A stretch of DNA of 64,000 nt from Clostridiaceae bacterium (lineage in GTDB: Bacteria > Bacillota > Clostridia > Christensenellales > CAG-138): contig JBDKTD010000020.1 in the NCBI GenBank assembly GCA_039680365.1, forward strand, positions 1,521 through 65,520. The letters run 5' to 3'. Made by a program: the position numbers and the translations under genes. Below, in pieces: positions 15,722-24,625 of the stretch. Below the pieces are notes generated by a model that saw only the letters and a program-made list of their open reading frames with translations, was not told where the DNA came from and did no database searches. Within the stretch, counting starts at the first letter, position 1; each line of letters begins with the position of its first letter.

Positions 15722-17830
15722 ATGAATCCGGAACTCATCTGCATGCACTGCATGGCGCAGCTGGAAGAACCCAAAGGAGTTTGCCCGGTCTGCGGGTTCG
15801 ATAACGCGTCCGCGGAAAATGCGCCCAACCAGCTGGAATGCGGGAGCATTCTCGCGGGGACGTATCTAATCGGCTGCGTGCTGGGTCAGGGCGGGTTCGG
15901 AATCACCTATATCGGGCTCGACCTCAACCTGAATCTCAAGGTAGCGATCAAGGAGTTCTACCCGGAGGGTTGCGTCACCCGCGACGGGCGGACGCATACC
16001 TCCGTTGTTCCGCTGCCCGGCGAAAAGAAGGCCTTCTTCGAAAAAGGCAGGGAAAAGTTCGTCAGCGAGGCGCAGATTCTGGCGAGGTTTACCGACGAGC
16101 CGTCCATTGTAGGGGTGCGCGGCTTCTTCCACGAAAACGGCACCGCGTACATCGTGATGAACTTTGTGGAGGGCGAAACGCTGAAAGCCCGTGCTCTTAG
16201 AAACGGCGGCAGGCTTCCATCTGCGGAAGTGCTTGAACTGATGAAACCGCTTTGCGCTTCCCTTTCACGCGTGCACGAAGCGGGGCTGCTGCACCGGGAT
16301 ATCAGCCCGGATAACATCATCGTCAAAAAGAACGGCATGCCGGTTCTGCTCGATTTTGGCGCGGCGCGGCAGATTTCCATGACAGGCGAGCACTCCAACA
16401 CTATCAACGTTAAGCACGGGTTCGCGCCGGAGGAGCAGTACCGCACGCACGGCGAGCAGGGGCCGTGGACGGACGTCTACGCGCTTTGCGCAACCATCTA
16501 CCGCCTTACCACGGGCGTTACTCCGCCGCAGGCGCTGGACCGGCTGACAAGCGACGTTCCGATTACCCTGCCGAACCGGCTGGGCGCGGACTTTACCCCC
16601 GCGCAGGAAGCGGCGGTCATGCACGGGCTAGCCGTGCGTTCGAAGGATCGAATCTCCAGCATGGATCAGCTGCTCGGCGAACTTTCGCGCACCGCGGTCA
16701 AGCCATCCAAGCCGCCCAAGCCACCCGAGCCGCCGATCCCTGCGAGACCCAAGTTCCTGTTGCCGGTGCTGATTGGCTGCGGTGCGGTAGCGCTGACACT
16801 GCTGCTGATACTGGTGCTCAAACCTTCCGGTCAAACGGGCGGCGGGGACGGCGCGGCGCAAGCCGCGTTCAGCGCCCAGCAGTCGGCCAAAGCGAATGCG
16901 CCGGAGGCGACAACTGCGCCGCAGGTTACATCCGAACCGACGCTCGCTCCCGAATCGACCGAGGAGCAGGGAAACCGCTTTCAGGTCGGCCAGGTGTACG
17001 ACGGTTTGCTTGCGGCGGGATCGCACTATTCGGCGGTGCTCAATTCCGATGGAACCGTCTCCGTTTATGGCGGCGGCGAGAGCGCGATTGAAGCCTCGTC
17101 CTGGACGAATGTTGCCCAGCTTTCCGGCTACGGCGATCTGCTGGCGGGGCTTCGCTCCGACGGAACAGTGGTTGTGACGGGCACCGACGCGCAGTATCTG
17201 GATATCGGCGTGATTGAAGGCTGGACGGACATCGTTCAAGTTGAAGTCGGTTATCACGGCCTGCTTGCGCTCACGCGGGATGGATACGTCCTGTATACCG
17301 GCAACATCAACACGGGAGAACAGGATTACGGCAGAAGCGACTGCGTCGATTGGTATGGCGTAAAGAAGCTGATCAAGGGCGACGAGCACATGGTTGCCAT
17401 CAACGCCGACGGCACGATGGACTCGGCCGGAATGGATAACGTGAACCAGTGCGCGGTGAGCGGCTTTAGCAGCGTCATCGATGCGGCCACCGGCTGCCAG
17501 TGCACGTACATCCTGCATGCAGACGGCACGGTGGACGTCATTGGCGGCAACCCAAAATACGACTTTGGCCAGTTTGACGCCGCTGATTGGACGGATATTA
17601 TCGCCATTGAATGTGGCGACCGGTTTGTGATAGGCTTAAAGAGCGACGGAACCGTTGTTGCCGCAGGCGACAATGAATACGGCCAGAAAAACGTTCGAAC
17701 CTGGCAGAATATCGTTGCCATCTATGCGGGAACCCGCAATGCTTATTCTTTGGACGTCAACGGCGAGCTCTACTGCACCGACTACAACAGCGGCGGACAG
17801 AAAGAAATCGACGGCACGTTTATTGACTGA
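15722..17830 (+). CDS. Zinc-ribbon Ser/Thr receptor kinase with extracellular RCC1-like beta-propeller
   Basis: Start MNPELICMHC after GGGGG. The kinase half is a close paralog of 12873. One TM helix (FLLPVLIGCGAVALTLLLILVL). The ectodomain has periodic DGTV...G...W..I..I..G blades and GDNEYGQ, typical of RCC1 repeats. Confidence 0.85.
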   Translation: MNPELICMHCMAQLEEPKGVCPVCGFDNASAENAPNQLECGSILAGTYLIGCVLGQGGFGITYIGLDLNLNLKVAIKEFYPEGCVTRDGRTHTSVVPLPGEKKAFFEKGREKFVSEAQILARFTDEPSIVGVRGFFHENGTAYIVMNFVEGETLKARALRNGGRLPSAEVLELMKPLCASLSRVHEAGLLHRDISPDNIIVKKNGMPVLLDFGAARQISMTGEHSNTINVKHGFAPEEQYRTHGEQGPWTDVYALCATIYRLTTGVTPPQALDRLTSDVPITLPNRLGADFTPAQEAAVMHGLAVRSKDRISSMDQLLGELSRTAVKPSKPPKPPEPPIPARPKFLLPVLIGCGAVALTLLLILVLKPSGQTGGGDGAAQAAFSAQQSAKANAPEATTAPQVTSEPTLAPESTEEQGNRFQVGQVYDGLLAAGSHYSAVLNSDGTVSVYGGGESAIEASSWTNVAQLSGYGDLLAGLRSDGTVVVTGTDAQYLDIGVIEGWTDIVQVEVGYHGLLALTRDGYVLYTGNINTGEQDYGRSDCVDWYGVKKLIKGDEHMVAINADGTMDSAGMDNVNQCAVSGFSSVIDAATGCQCTYILHADGTVDVIGGNPKYDFGQFDAADWTDIIAIECGDRFVIGLKSDGTVVAAGDNEYGQKNVRTWQNIVAIYAGTRNAYSLDVNGELYCTDYNSGGQKEIDGTFID

Positions 17831-17910
17831 TACAATCCGGCCGGGACGATTCAACCCGGCAAGAACAAGTTGGTGAGCACCGCAAAATAACAACGATACA
17901 TGGAGTTATT

Positions 17911-19857
17911 ATGATCAATCCTGAATTTACCTGCATGAACTGCCTGCTGCAGCTCAACGAGCCCAAAGGAGTCTGCCCGCACTGCGGGTTTGACAACGCG
18001 GCCTGCGAAAACGCGCCGCACCAGCTGGAGTGCGGCAGCATCCTCGCCGGATCGTATATGGTCGGGCGCGTGCTGGGGCAGGGCGGGTTCGGCATTACGT
18101 ATGTCGGGCTGGATCTGAACCTCGAAATGAAAGTGGCGATCAAGGAGTATTATCCGGAAGGGTGCGTTACGCGCGATACCCATACGCATATTTCCGTAAT
18201 GACATATGCCGGAGAAAAGGAACTGCAGTTCGAAAAGGGCAAGGAGCGCTTTGTGAGCGAAGCAAAATCGCTCGCCAAGTTCGCCGGCGATCCCGGAATT
18301 GTAGGCGTACGCTCGTTCTTCTACGAAAACGGCACGGCGTATATCGTAATGGACTATGTCGAAGGCGAAACGCTCAAGTCGTACGTTGCCAAGCGCGGCG
18401 GCAAGCTGCCCGCGGCGGAGGTGCTGGCGCTGTTTCAGCCGCTGCTTCGTTCGCTTAAGCGCGTGCATGATATCGGCCTGCTGCACCGGGACGTAAGCCC
18501 CGATAACATCATTCTGCGAAAAAACGGTACGCTGGTTTTGCTGGACTTTGGCGCGGCGCGGCAGATGTCCGCTTCCGGCGAGCACTCCAACACCATTAAC
18601 GTTAAACACGGGTTCGCGCCGGAAGAGCAGTACCGCACGCGCGGCGAGCAGGGCCCCTGGACGGATATCTACGCCCTGGCCGCAACCATGTACCGGCTGA
18701 TGACGGGAGTAATGCCCCCGCAAGCGCTCGACCGCCTCACCAACGAGGCCGTTCTTACGCCGCCCAGCGACTTTGGCGCCGCTCTGACCCACGCGCAGGA
18801 AAGCGCGCTGCTTCACGCGCTGGCCATCCGCGCCGAATACCGCACCAGAGATATGGCGCAGTTTGAAGCGGAACTCTATGCGGGTCAGCCAGTGGTCAAC
18901 GCGTCTTCGTCGGCAGTCCGCTCGGAGCGCGTTTCCAGTACCCCGCCGGTCGTGCCGCAGGCTGCGCCGCAAGCAGCGGCCAAACCCAAAGTCAAACGCC
19001 CCGCGCTGACCATCGGTTTGGGAGCCGCGGCGCTTATCCTTGTGATTTTTGCGATCGGCGCCATTATCGACAGCGTCAATGCGGCGCCGGACGAGCCCGC
19101 CTCGGCGAGCGGAAAGGTGCAGATCGAAGCAAAAGCGCACGCGGGCGTTGCGGACGTCAACCAGCCGGCGAACAGCGACAGCTCCGGCAACATCTCCGCT
19201 ACCAGCGAACCCGCGAGCGACCCCGTCGTCACGCCGGACATCGTTACGCTGACGCTGGGATATGGCGATACGTACTGGTGCACGCCGGATGATTTCGATC
19301 TGCCTTTCGAAGTAGCCGATAGCGACGTAGACTGGGAGGTCGTGTCCTACGACTCCGGCGTTTCCTGCGAAATCGGCATGATCCGCGCGGGAAACGTCCA
19401 GTTTGACCCGGCAAAGGAATACAACTCCATCGCCGTTGTCAATGGAACCACACCCAACGGCACGCAATTGCAGTATAACGTATTGGTTGGCGATGGTCAG
19501 ACGTATTCGTTCGACTGGTCGTCGTCCGCGCGCAGCATGAAAGCCGTGCAGGGATATACCTATATTGCGACGCCGGAAATACGCAACTGCGACGGGTTTA
19601 CGCTCAACTTTGGATTTGATCTCAGCGAAGGCAAAATCGAATACCCGAACTGGTCGGTCTGGGTGCGCGAAAACGGCACGGACTGGGTGTTCATTCAGGA
19701 TATCGATGTGGCGGAAGACACTTATCTGGACTATGACATCGTGTTCGACCGCCCGATTTCGTTTACCGAGATCATCGTCCAGCCGCAGAAACAATATAAC
19801 TATTTTTCCTACTCAAACTGGTATGAGGTTAAAAATCTCGTGTTCAGCGCACGCTGA
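17911..19857 (+). CDS. Zinc-ribbon Ser/Thr receptor kinase with an uncharacterised beta-rich ectodomain
   Basis: MINPEFTCMNC..CPHCG. The kinase half is a close paralog of 12873 and 15722. One TM helix (LTIGLGAAALILVIFAIGAII). I do not recognise the roughly 260-aa C-terminal domain. Confidence 0.85.
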   Translation: MINPEFTCMNCLLQLNEPKGVCPHCGFDNAACENAPHQLECGSILAGSYMVGRVLGQGGFGITYVGLDLNLEMKVAIKEYYPEGCVTRDTHTHISVMTYAGEKELQFEKGKERFVSEAKSLAKFAGDPGIVGVRSFFYENGTAYIVMDYVEGETLKSYVAKRGGKLPAAEVLALFQPLLRSLKRVHDIGLLHRDVSPDNIILRKNGTLVLLDFGAARQMSASGEHSNTINVKHGFAPEEQYRTRGEQGPWTDIYALAATMYRLMTGVMPPQALDRLTNEAVLTPPSDFGAALTHAQESALLHALAIRAEYRTRDMAQFEAELYAGQPVVNASSSAVRSERVSSTPPVVPQAAPQAAAKPKVKRPALTIGLGAAALILVIFAIGAIIDSVNAAPDEPASASGKVQIEAKAHAGVADVNQPANSDSSGNISATSEPASDPVVTPDIVTLTLGYGDTYWCTPDDFDLPFEVADSDVDWEVVSYDSGVSCEIGMIRAGNVQFDPAKEYNSIAVVNGTTPNGTQLQYNVLVGDGQTYSFDWSSSARSMKAVQGYTYIATPEIRNCDGFTLNFGFDLSEGKIEYPNWSVWVRENGTDWVFIQDIDVAEDTYLDYDIVFDRPISFTEIIVQPQKQYNYFSYSNWYEVKNLVFSAR

Positions 19858-19875
19858 TTGACGGGTAATAAACAG

Positions 19876-19916
19876 CGACCCCTTTGCCGTAGGCAAAGGG
19901 GTCGTTTTGTGTTTTT
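19876..19916. terminator. Strong bidirectional intrinsic terminator between the kinase island and lysR
   Basis: 13-bp perfect stem CGACCCCTTTGCC/GGCAAAGGGGTCG with a 3-nt loop, followed by TTTTGTGTTTTT. Confidence 0.85.
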
Positions 19917-20839
19917 CAGCCGGGAGAACCGGCGAGCGGCTCAACGAAGGAGAGGTTGCGGATGTAGCTTTTGAGGTATTCGTTGAACACCTGCATGCTG
20001 CGGATATGGCTCTCGATGGGCGTCCGGTTCGTAATGCGGTAGCAGGTGCGGTTTTCCGGTGGAATGAGCAGTTCATACGCTTTGATATCCGGCCGTTTTT
20101 CAAACGACTTGACCACAGAGGCGGGAACCACCGCCCAGAACCGCGGGTGATCCATAAATTCGAGAATCAGCGTTTCGGAACTGATGAGCACGTACGGGCG
20201 GATCGAAGGGTTCCACCATTGGTCGTGCCAGGCCTGGTAGGTTGGCGAGTTGTTGAAGAACAGCTCGTCTTCCGCGTCCAGCTCGGCGGGATGATAAGCG
20301 GTGCGCAGTTCGCTCTTGTTTTCGCATTGGCGCACAACATAGAGCTTTTCGGAAAACAGCGGCTCGATGAGGATGTTCTTGGAGGGAATGTTTTCGAACA
20401 CCAGCCCGATATCCGCCTCGCGGGACTCCACCATGCGGTAGATGCCCGCCGTGTCCTGCGTCCAAAGCGTTAAATCAAACAGCGCTTCGCTGTCGGTCCG
20501 GACGAGTTCCTTATACAGCGGCGTCAGCAGGTAGGCGTTGAGCGAGCTTGTGCAGCTTAAAGAAAGCGGCAGCTTGCTTTCCGAAGCGGAGAGCAGCTGA
20601 ATATCCTGCCAGAGCTGCATCCAGCGCGTGCCGATGGGCACGAACGCGCGGCCTTTAACAGTTAATTCTATATTTCGTTGTCCTTTGTGCCGTTCCATCA
20701 GCGCAAAACCCAGTTCATCCTCCAGTGACTGCAAACGGTAGCTGACGGTCGGCTGCGATAAATACAGCACTTCGGAAGCCCTGCTGATGCTGCCGGACTG
20801 CACAATTGCAAGGAATGTCTCAATTTGCAGCGAGTTCAC
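19916..20839 (-). CDS. LysR-family transcriptional regulator
   Basis: N-terminal wHTH MNSLQIETFLAIVQSGSISRASEVLYLSQPTVSYRLQSLEDELG and a length of 307 aa typical of LTTRs. It is divergent from the ABC operon. Confidence 0.9.
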   Translation of the reverse strand: MNSLQIETFLAIVQSGSISRASEVLYLSQPTVSYRLQSLEDELGFALMERHKGQRNIELTVKGRAFVPIGTRWMQLWQDIQLLSASESKLPLSLSCTSSLNAYLLTPLYKELVRTDSEALFDLTLWTQDTAGIYRMVESREADIGLVFENIPSKNILIEPLFSEKLYVVRQCENKSELRTAYHPAELDAEDELFFNNSPTYQAWHDQWWNPSIRPYVLISSETLILEFMDHPRFWAVVPASVVKSFEKRPDIKAYELLIPPENRTCYRITNRTPIESHIRSMQVFNEYLKSYIRNLSFVEPLAGSPG

Positions 20840-20876
20840 GGTTTAAAACCCTCCGCCGTTTTGTATATAGTATATC

Positions 20877-20890
20877 ACGCAAAATTGCGT
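20877..20890. promoter_or_regulatory. Candidate LysR-type operator palindrome
   Basis: ACGCAA-AA-TTGCGT (6-bp arms), embedded in a T-N11-A-like context about 37 bp upstream of the lysR start. Confidence 0.25.
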
Positions 20891-20931
20891 AAATATAGAA
20901 GAAATACATATTAATCATAAAACAGTTCCTG

Positions 20932-20960
20932 TTGCGTATACAACCGTTCGTGATTATAGT
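20932..20960 (+). promoter_or_regulatory. Candidate promoter of the ABC/M20/FGGY/aminotransferase operon
   Basis: TTGCGT-N17-TATAGT, about 95 nt upstream of the 21057 start. Confidence 0.4.
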
Positions 20961-21056
20961 AAAACCGTAGAGGCGCATGCAAAGGCGCTGCGTGCTTACA
21001 CTTCCTTACATTACGTATCTTTTTTCGACACGACAACAGAATAAGGAGGACGCGAC

Positions 21057-22682
21057 ATGAAGAAATGGTTGACCACGGTAATGGTGCTGTTGATGGCAGT
21101 TGCAATGCTCACGGGCTGCGGGCAGGCTTCCGGCACGTCCGGCGCGAAGATCCTGCGCGTGGGCTGGACCAGCGAACCGGATATTCTCAACCCGCTGTCT
21201 TCGTACAGCACGGAGTCCATGCAGGTGACGAACCTGATTTACGAAACGCTTCTGGCATACGATACGAACTTGAAGCCGTATCCCGCGCTGGCGGAAAGCT
21301 ACGAATACAGCGCGGACGGCCTGACCGCAACCTACCACCTCCGCCACGGTGTCAAGTGGCAGGACGGGGTGGACTTCACGTCCAAGGACGTCGTAACAAG
21401 CTTCCGCATCGTAATGGAGGATCAAATCGGTCCCGCGGCGCAGTTTGCCGCGGCGGTGGACAGCGTAACTGCGCCGGACGACTACACCGTAGAGGTCAAG
21501 TACAAGGAAAAGCAGGCGTTCAACATAGCGCTCGCGCTGCAGATTCTGCCCGACCATATCTGGGGCGGCATGAGCGCGGACGATATTGAACTGTTCGCCA
21601 ATGAATCTCCGGTCGGCACCGGGCCGATGAAGTTCGTGGAATGGCAGGAAGGCTCCACGCTGACGCTCGCCAGAAACGAAACATACCACGGCGACCCGGC
21701 AGGCCCCGACCAGATTATCTTTATTGAGTACGGCAATGAGGACGTGCTCGCGCAGGCGCTTAAAGCGGGCGAGGTGGATATCATTACGGAAGTTTCGCCC
21801 ACCGTTTGGGAAGGGCTGGAAGGCGCGGAGGGCGTCAAGGCCGTTTCACTCGATTCGTTCTCCTTCCACATGATCGGCATCAACTCCTATTCCAGCGACA
21901 AGTCCGGCGGCAACCCCATGCTCAAGGACGTGACCGTCCGGCAGGCGCTCAACTACGCGGTAGACCGCAATCAGCTCGTTGAAATCGCGCTGGCGGGTCA
22001 CGGCAACCCGGGCGATACGATCATTCCGCTCGGCATGGGGGACTGGCACTACACCGTCCCCGAAAGCGAGCAGATGAACGGCAATCCCGAAAAAGCCAAG
22101 GAACTGCTGGAAGCGGCGGGGTATGTGGACACGGACGGCGACGGCATTCGTGAAAAAGACGGCCAGAAGATGGAGTTCCGCCTCTACGCCATCGAGTCCA
22201 CAACCGTGGACGTCCGCGCGGCGCAGATTTTCCGCGACGCGTGCGCCGCAATCGGCGTGAGCATGGAGCTTACCACCATGGACGAAAACACCATGGGCGA
22301 CGCGATTTTCGATCCCGAAACGGCGGACTACGACCTCTTTGTCTGGGGCTGGGATGCGAATTTCCTCGATCCGGGCGACCTTTTAAGCATTGCGCTGACG
22401 AATCAGTTCGGCAACAACAACGACACCTACTACAGCAATCCGGATTACGACACGCTGTATGTTCAGCAGAGTCAGGAAATGGACGCGGCTGCGCGGCAGG
22501 CGATGGTGCACGACCTGCAGAAGATTTTCTACCGCGACGGTTCCTATATCGTCATGTGGTTCCAGGATAAGCTGCAGGCCTACCGGACGGACAACTGGAC
22601 GGGGTTTGTGGAATGCCCCGGCGGCATTATCTACAACGTGACCTACGACAACTACGTAAAAATTCAGCCGACGGGCAAGTAA
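21057..22682 (+). CDS. ABC transporter substrate-binding lipoprotein, family 5 (Opp/Dpp/Nik type)
   Basis: Lipobox MLTGC. It has the length and conserved regions of SBP family 5 (RVGWTSEPDILNP, YHLRHGVKWQDG, NPDYD). RBS AAGGAGG. Confidence 0.9.
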   Translation: MKKWLTTVMVLLMAVAMLTGCGQASGTSGAKILRVGWTSEPDILNPLSSYSTESMQVTNLIYETLLAYDTNLKPYPALAESYEYSADGLTATYHLRHGVKWQDGVDFTSKDVVTSFRIVMEDQIGPAAQFAAAVDSVTAPDDYTVEVKYKEKQAFNIALALQILPDHIWGGMSADDIELFANESPVGTGPMKFVEWQEGSTLTLARNETYHGDPAGPDQIIFIEYGNEDVLAQALKAGEVDIITEVSPTVWEGLEGAEGVKAVSLDSFSFHMIGINSYSSDKSGGNPMLKDVTVRQALNYAVDRNQLVEIALAGHGNPGDTIIPLGMGDWHYTVPESEQMNGNPEKAKELLEAAGYVDTDGDGIREKDGQKMEFRLYAIESTTVDVRAAQIFRDACAAIGVSMELTTMDENTMGDAIFDPETADYDLFVWGWDANFLDPGDLLSIALTNQFGNNNDTYYSNPDYDTLYVQQSQEMDAAARQAMVHDLQKIFYRDGSYIVMWFQDKLQAYRTDNWTGFVECPGGIIYNVTYDNYVKIQPTGK

Positions 22683-22763
22683 AGCAAACGCACCGTCAAG
22701 CGGGCGGCCGCTCCATACCGGGAGCGGCTCGCCCGCAACAAAGCAGCGCGGGATGGAGAACAC

Positions 22764-23738
22764 ATGCAGAAGCTCAAAAGCATCGCTAAAATGGCGGGGC
22801 GGCTCATCACGACCATCTGGGCAATCGCCACCTCCAACTTCGTCTTGTTCCGGGTGCTGCCGGGCGATCCGCTCAAGCTGATTGCGCGCGCCGGCCGCCT
22901 CTCGGAAGAGACGATTGCTAGGCTGCAGGAAATTTTCGGGCTGAACCAGCCCATGTGGAAACAATATCTGATCTATCTGAAAAATATCGTAACCGGCGAG
23001 TTCGGCCTTTCGATTACCTACCGCAAGCCCGTAATGGACGTTATCGGCGAGCGACTGGGCAACACGCTGATATTGCTTGCGGCGGCAACGGTGATTGTCA
23101 TCCTCGTTGGCGTCGGCCTCGGCATCGTGGCGGCCATGCGGCGCGGCTCGCGCGTGGATCGCTCGCTCGTGATTGGCTCGATGGTCGGCTGGAGTTTGCC
23201 AACGTTCTGGACGGGGCTGCTGCTGATCATCGTGTTCGGTGTGTACCTGCACGCGCTGCCGATTTCCGGCGTGCTGACGCCGGGGGCGTATTACGCCACT
23301 GCCGGCGCGAAGATTGCCGACTATACGCGGCACTTGATTTTGCCAACCATTGCGCTGGTCGTTGTTGACATGGCGCAGTTTTTCCTGATTTCCCGCAGCG
23401 CGCTGGTGGACGTGCTTACAGAAGACTATATGCTCACTGCAAAGGGCAAGGGGCTTTCGCCCCGCCGCGCGCTCTGGCGGCACGCGATGCCGAATTCCAT
23501 GCTGCCGATCATCACGACGCTGACGCTCTATGTCTGCCTCGTTATCGGCGGCGCGATTCAGGTGGAAACCGTGTTTTCGTATCCCGGCATGGGCATGCTG
23601 ATGTACGACGCGGTATTGAAGCGCGACTACCCGATTCTGGAAGCGAGCTTCTTTTTGCTCGCGGCGGTCACCGTTGTTTCCAACTTCCTTTCGGACGTGA
23701 TCTATATGCTCATCGACCCGCGGGTGAAAAGCCTATGA
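22764..23738 (+). CDS. ABC transporter permease (OppB/DppB-like)
   Basis: BPD_transp_1-type membrane protein with an N-terminus typical of DppB (RLITTIWAIATSNFVLFRVLPGDP). Confidence 0.9.
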   Translation: MQKLKSIAKMAGRLITTIWAIATSNFVLFRVLPGDPLKLIARAGRLSEETIARLQEIFGLNQPMWKQYLIYLKNIVTGEFGLSITYRKPVMDVIGERLGNTLILLAAATVIVILVGVGLGIVAAMRRGSRVDRSLVIGSMVGWSLPTFWTGLLLIIVFGVYLHALPISGVLTPGAYYATAGAKIADYTRHLILPTIALVVVDMAQFFLISRSALVDVLTEDYMLTAKGKGLSPRRALWRHAMPNSMLPIITTLTLYVCLVIGGAIQVETVFSYPGMGMLMYDAVLKRDYPILEASFFLLAAVTVVSNFLSDVIYMLIDPRVKSL

Positions 23739-24625
23739 AACAGAAAACTGCGGCGTTTCAGCCGAAGAATAAACAGCCGAACGGTGAAGTCTGGCGTCAG
23801 CTCTGGGGTGATTCCATGGGGCGCGCGGGGATTATCATCCTCGCGGTCATGCTGGTGCTGGCGGTGCTTGGCCCCGTTGTGTTTCCGTTTGAGCCGAGGG
23901 TTGCGGCAACGTCCGCAAGCGAAATTCTCCAGCCGCCGAGCGGACTGCACTGGCTCGGCACGGACGATATGGGGCGGGACGTCTTTCGCTCGCTGTTATT
24001 CGGCGCGCGCATTTCGCTGTTTGTGGGGCTGATGTCCACCGCGATCTCCATCTTTATTGGCGCGCTGGTCGGGCTGCTTTCGGGTTACTATCGCTCGTTT
24101 GTCAGTTCGCTGCTCATGCGCATTACCGATTTGTTCCTTTCGCTCCCCGTTCTGCCGCTGATTATCGTGCTGGCGGCGGTGTTCGGCCAGAGCATTTTGA
24201 TTACGATTCTCGTCATCGGTCTGACCAGCTGGGCGAGCACGGCGCGCATCGTGCGCTCGCAGGTACTCTCCATCCGGGAACGGCAGTATATCGAGCGGGT
24301 CAAAAATTTGGGCGCGTCCGATATTCGCATTCTCGGCAGACATATTCTGCCAAACGTTTTGCCGCTGATTTACGCAAACACCGTTCTGGTGATTGCGGGA
24401 TCGATTCTTTCGGAAGCGACGCTGGCGTTTCTCGGCCTGGGCGATCCGGTCAACGTCTCCTGGGGAACGATGCTGCACTATGCGTTCGTCTCCGGCGCGC
24501 TGGGGCGGGGCGCATGGTGGTATTTAATTCCGCCGGGGCTCGGCATCCTGTTTATCGTGCTGGGCTTTACGCTGGCGGGGCATACGCTGGATAAAATCAT
24601 GAACCCGAAGCTGAGGGAATTCTGA
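23735..24625 (+). CDS. ABC transporter permease (OppC/DppC-like)
   Basis: Overlaps the upstream stop by 4 nt. Motifs HWLGTDDMGRDVFSRLL-like and EATLAFLGLGDP. Confidence 0.9.
   Translation: MKQKTAAFQPKNKQPNGEVWRQLWGDSMGRAGIIILAVMLVLAVLGPVVFPFEPRVAATSASEILQPPSGLHWLGTDDMGRDVFRSLLFGARISLFVGLMSTAISIFIGALVGLLSGYYRSFVSSLLMRITDLFLSLPVLPLIIVLAAVFGQSILITILVIGLTSWASTARIVRSQVLSIRERQYIERVKNLGASDIRILGRHILPNVLPLIYANTVLVIAGSILSEATLAFLGLGDPVNVSWGTMLHYAFVSGALGRGAWWYLIPPGLGILFIVLGFTLAGHTLDKIMNPKLREF

Noticed and set aside
4579-19857. Interpreting the kinase/phosphatase/FHA cluster as the canonical PrkC/PknB-Stp cell-wall module, or as a T6SS/T7SS phospho-switch.
   Set aside because: No PASTA domains, no rodA/ftsW/pbp genes, and no secretion-system structural genes were seen in the island or recognised elsewhere in the window.
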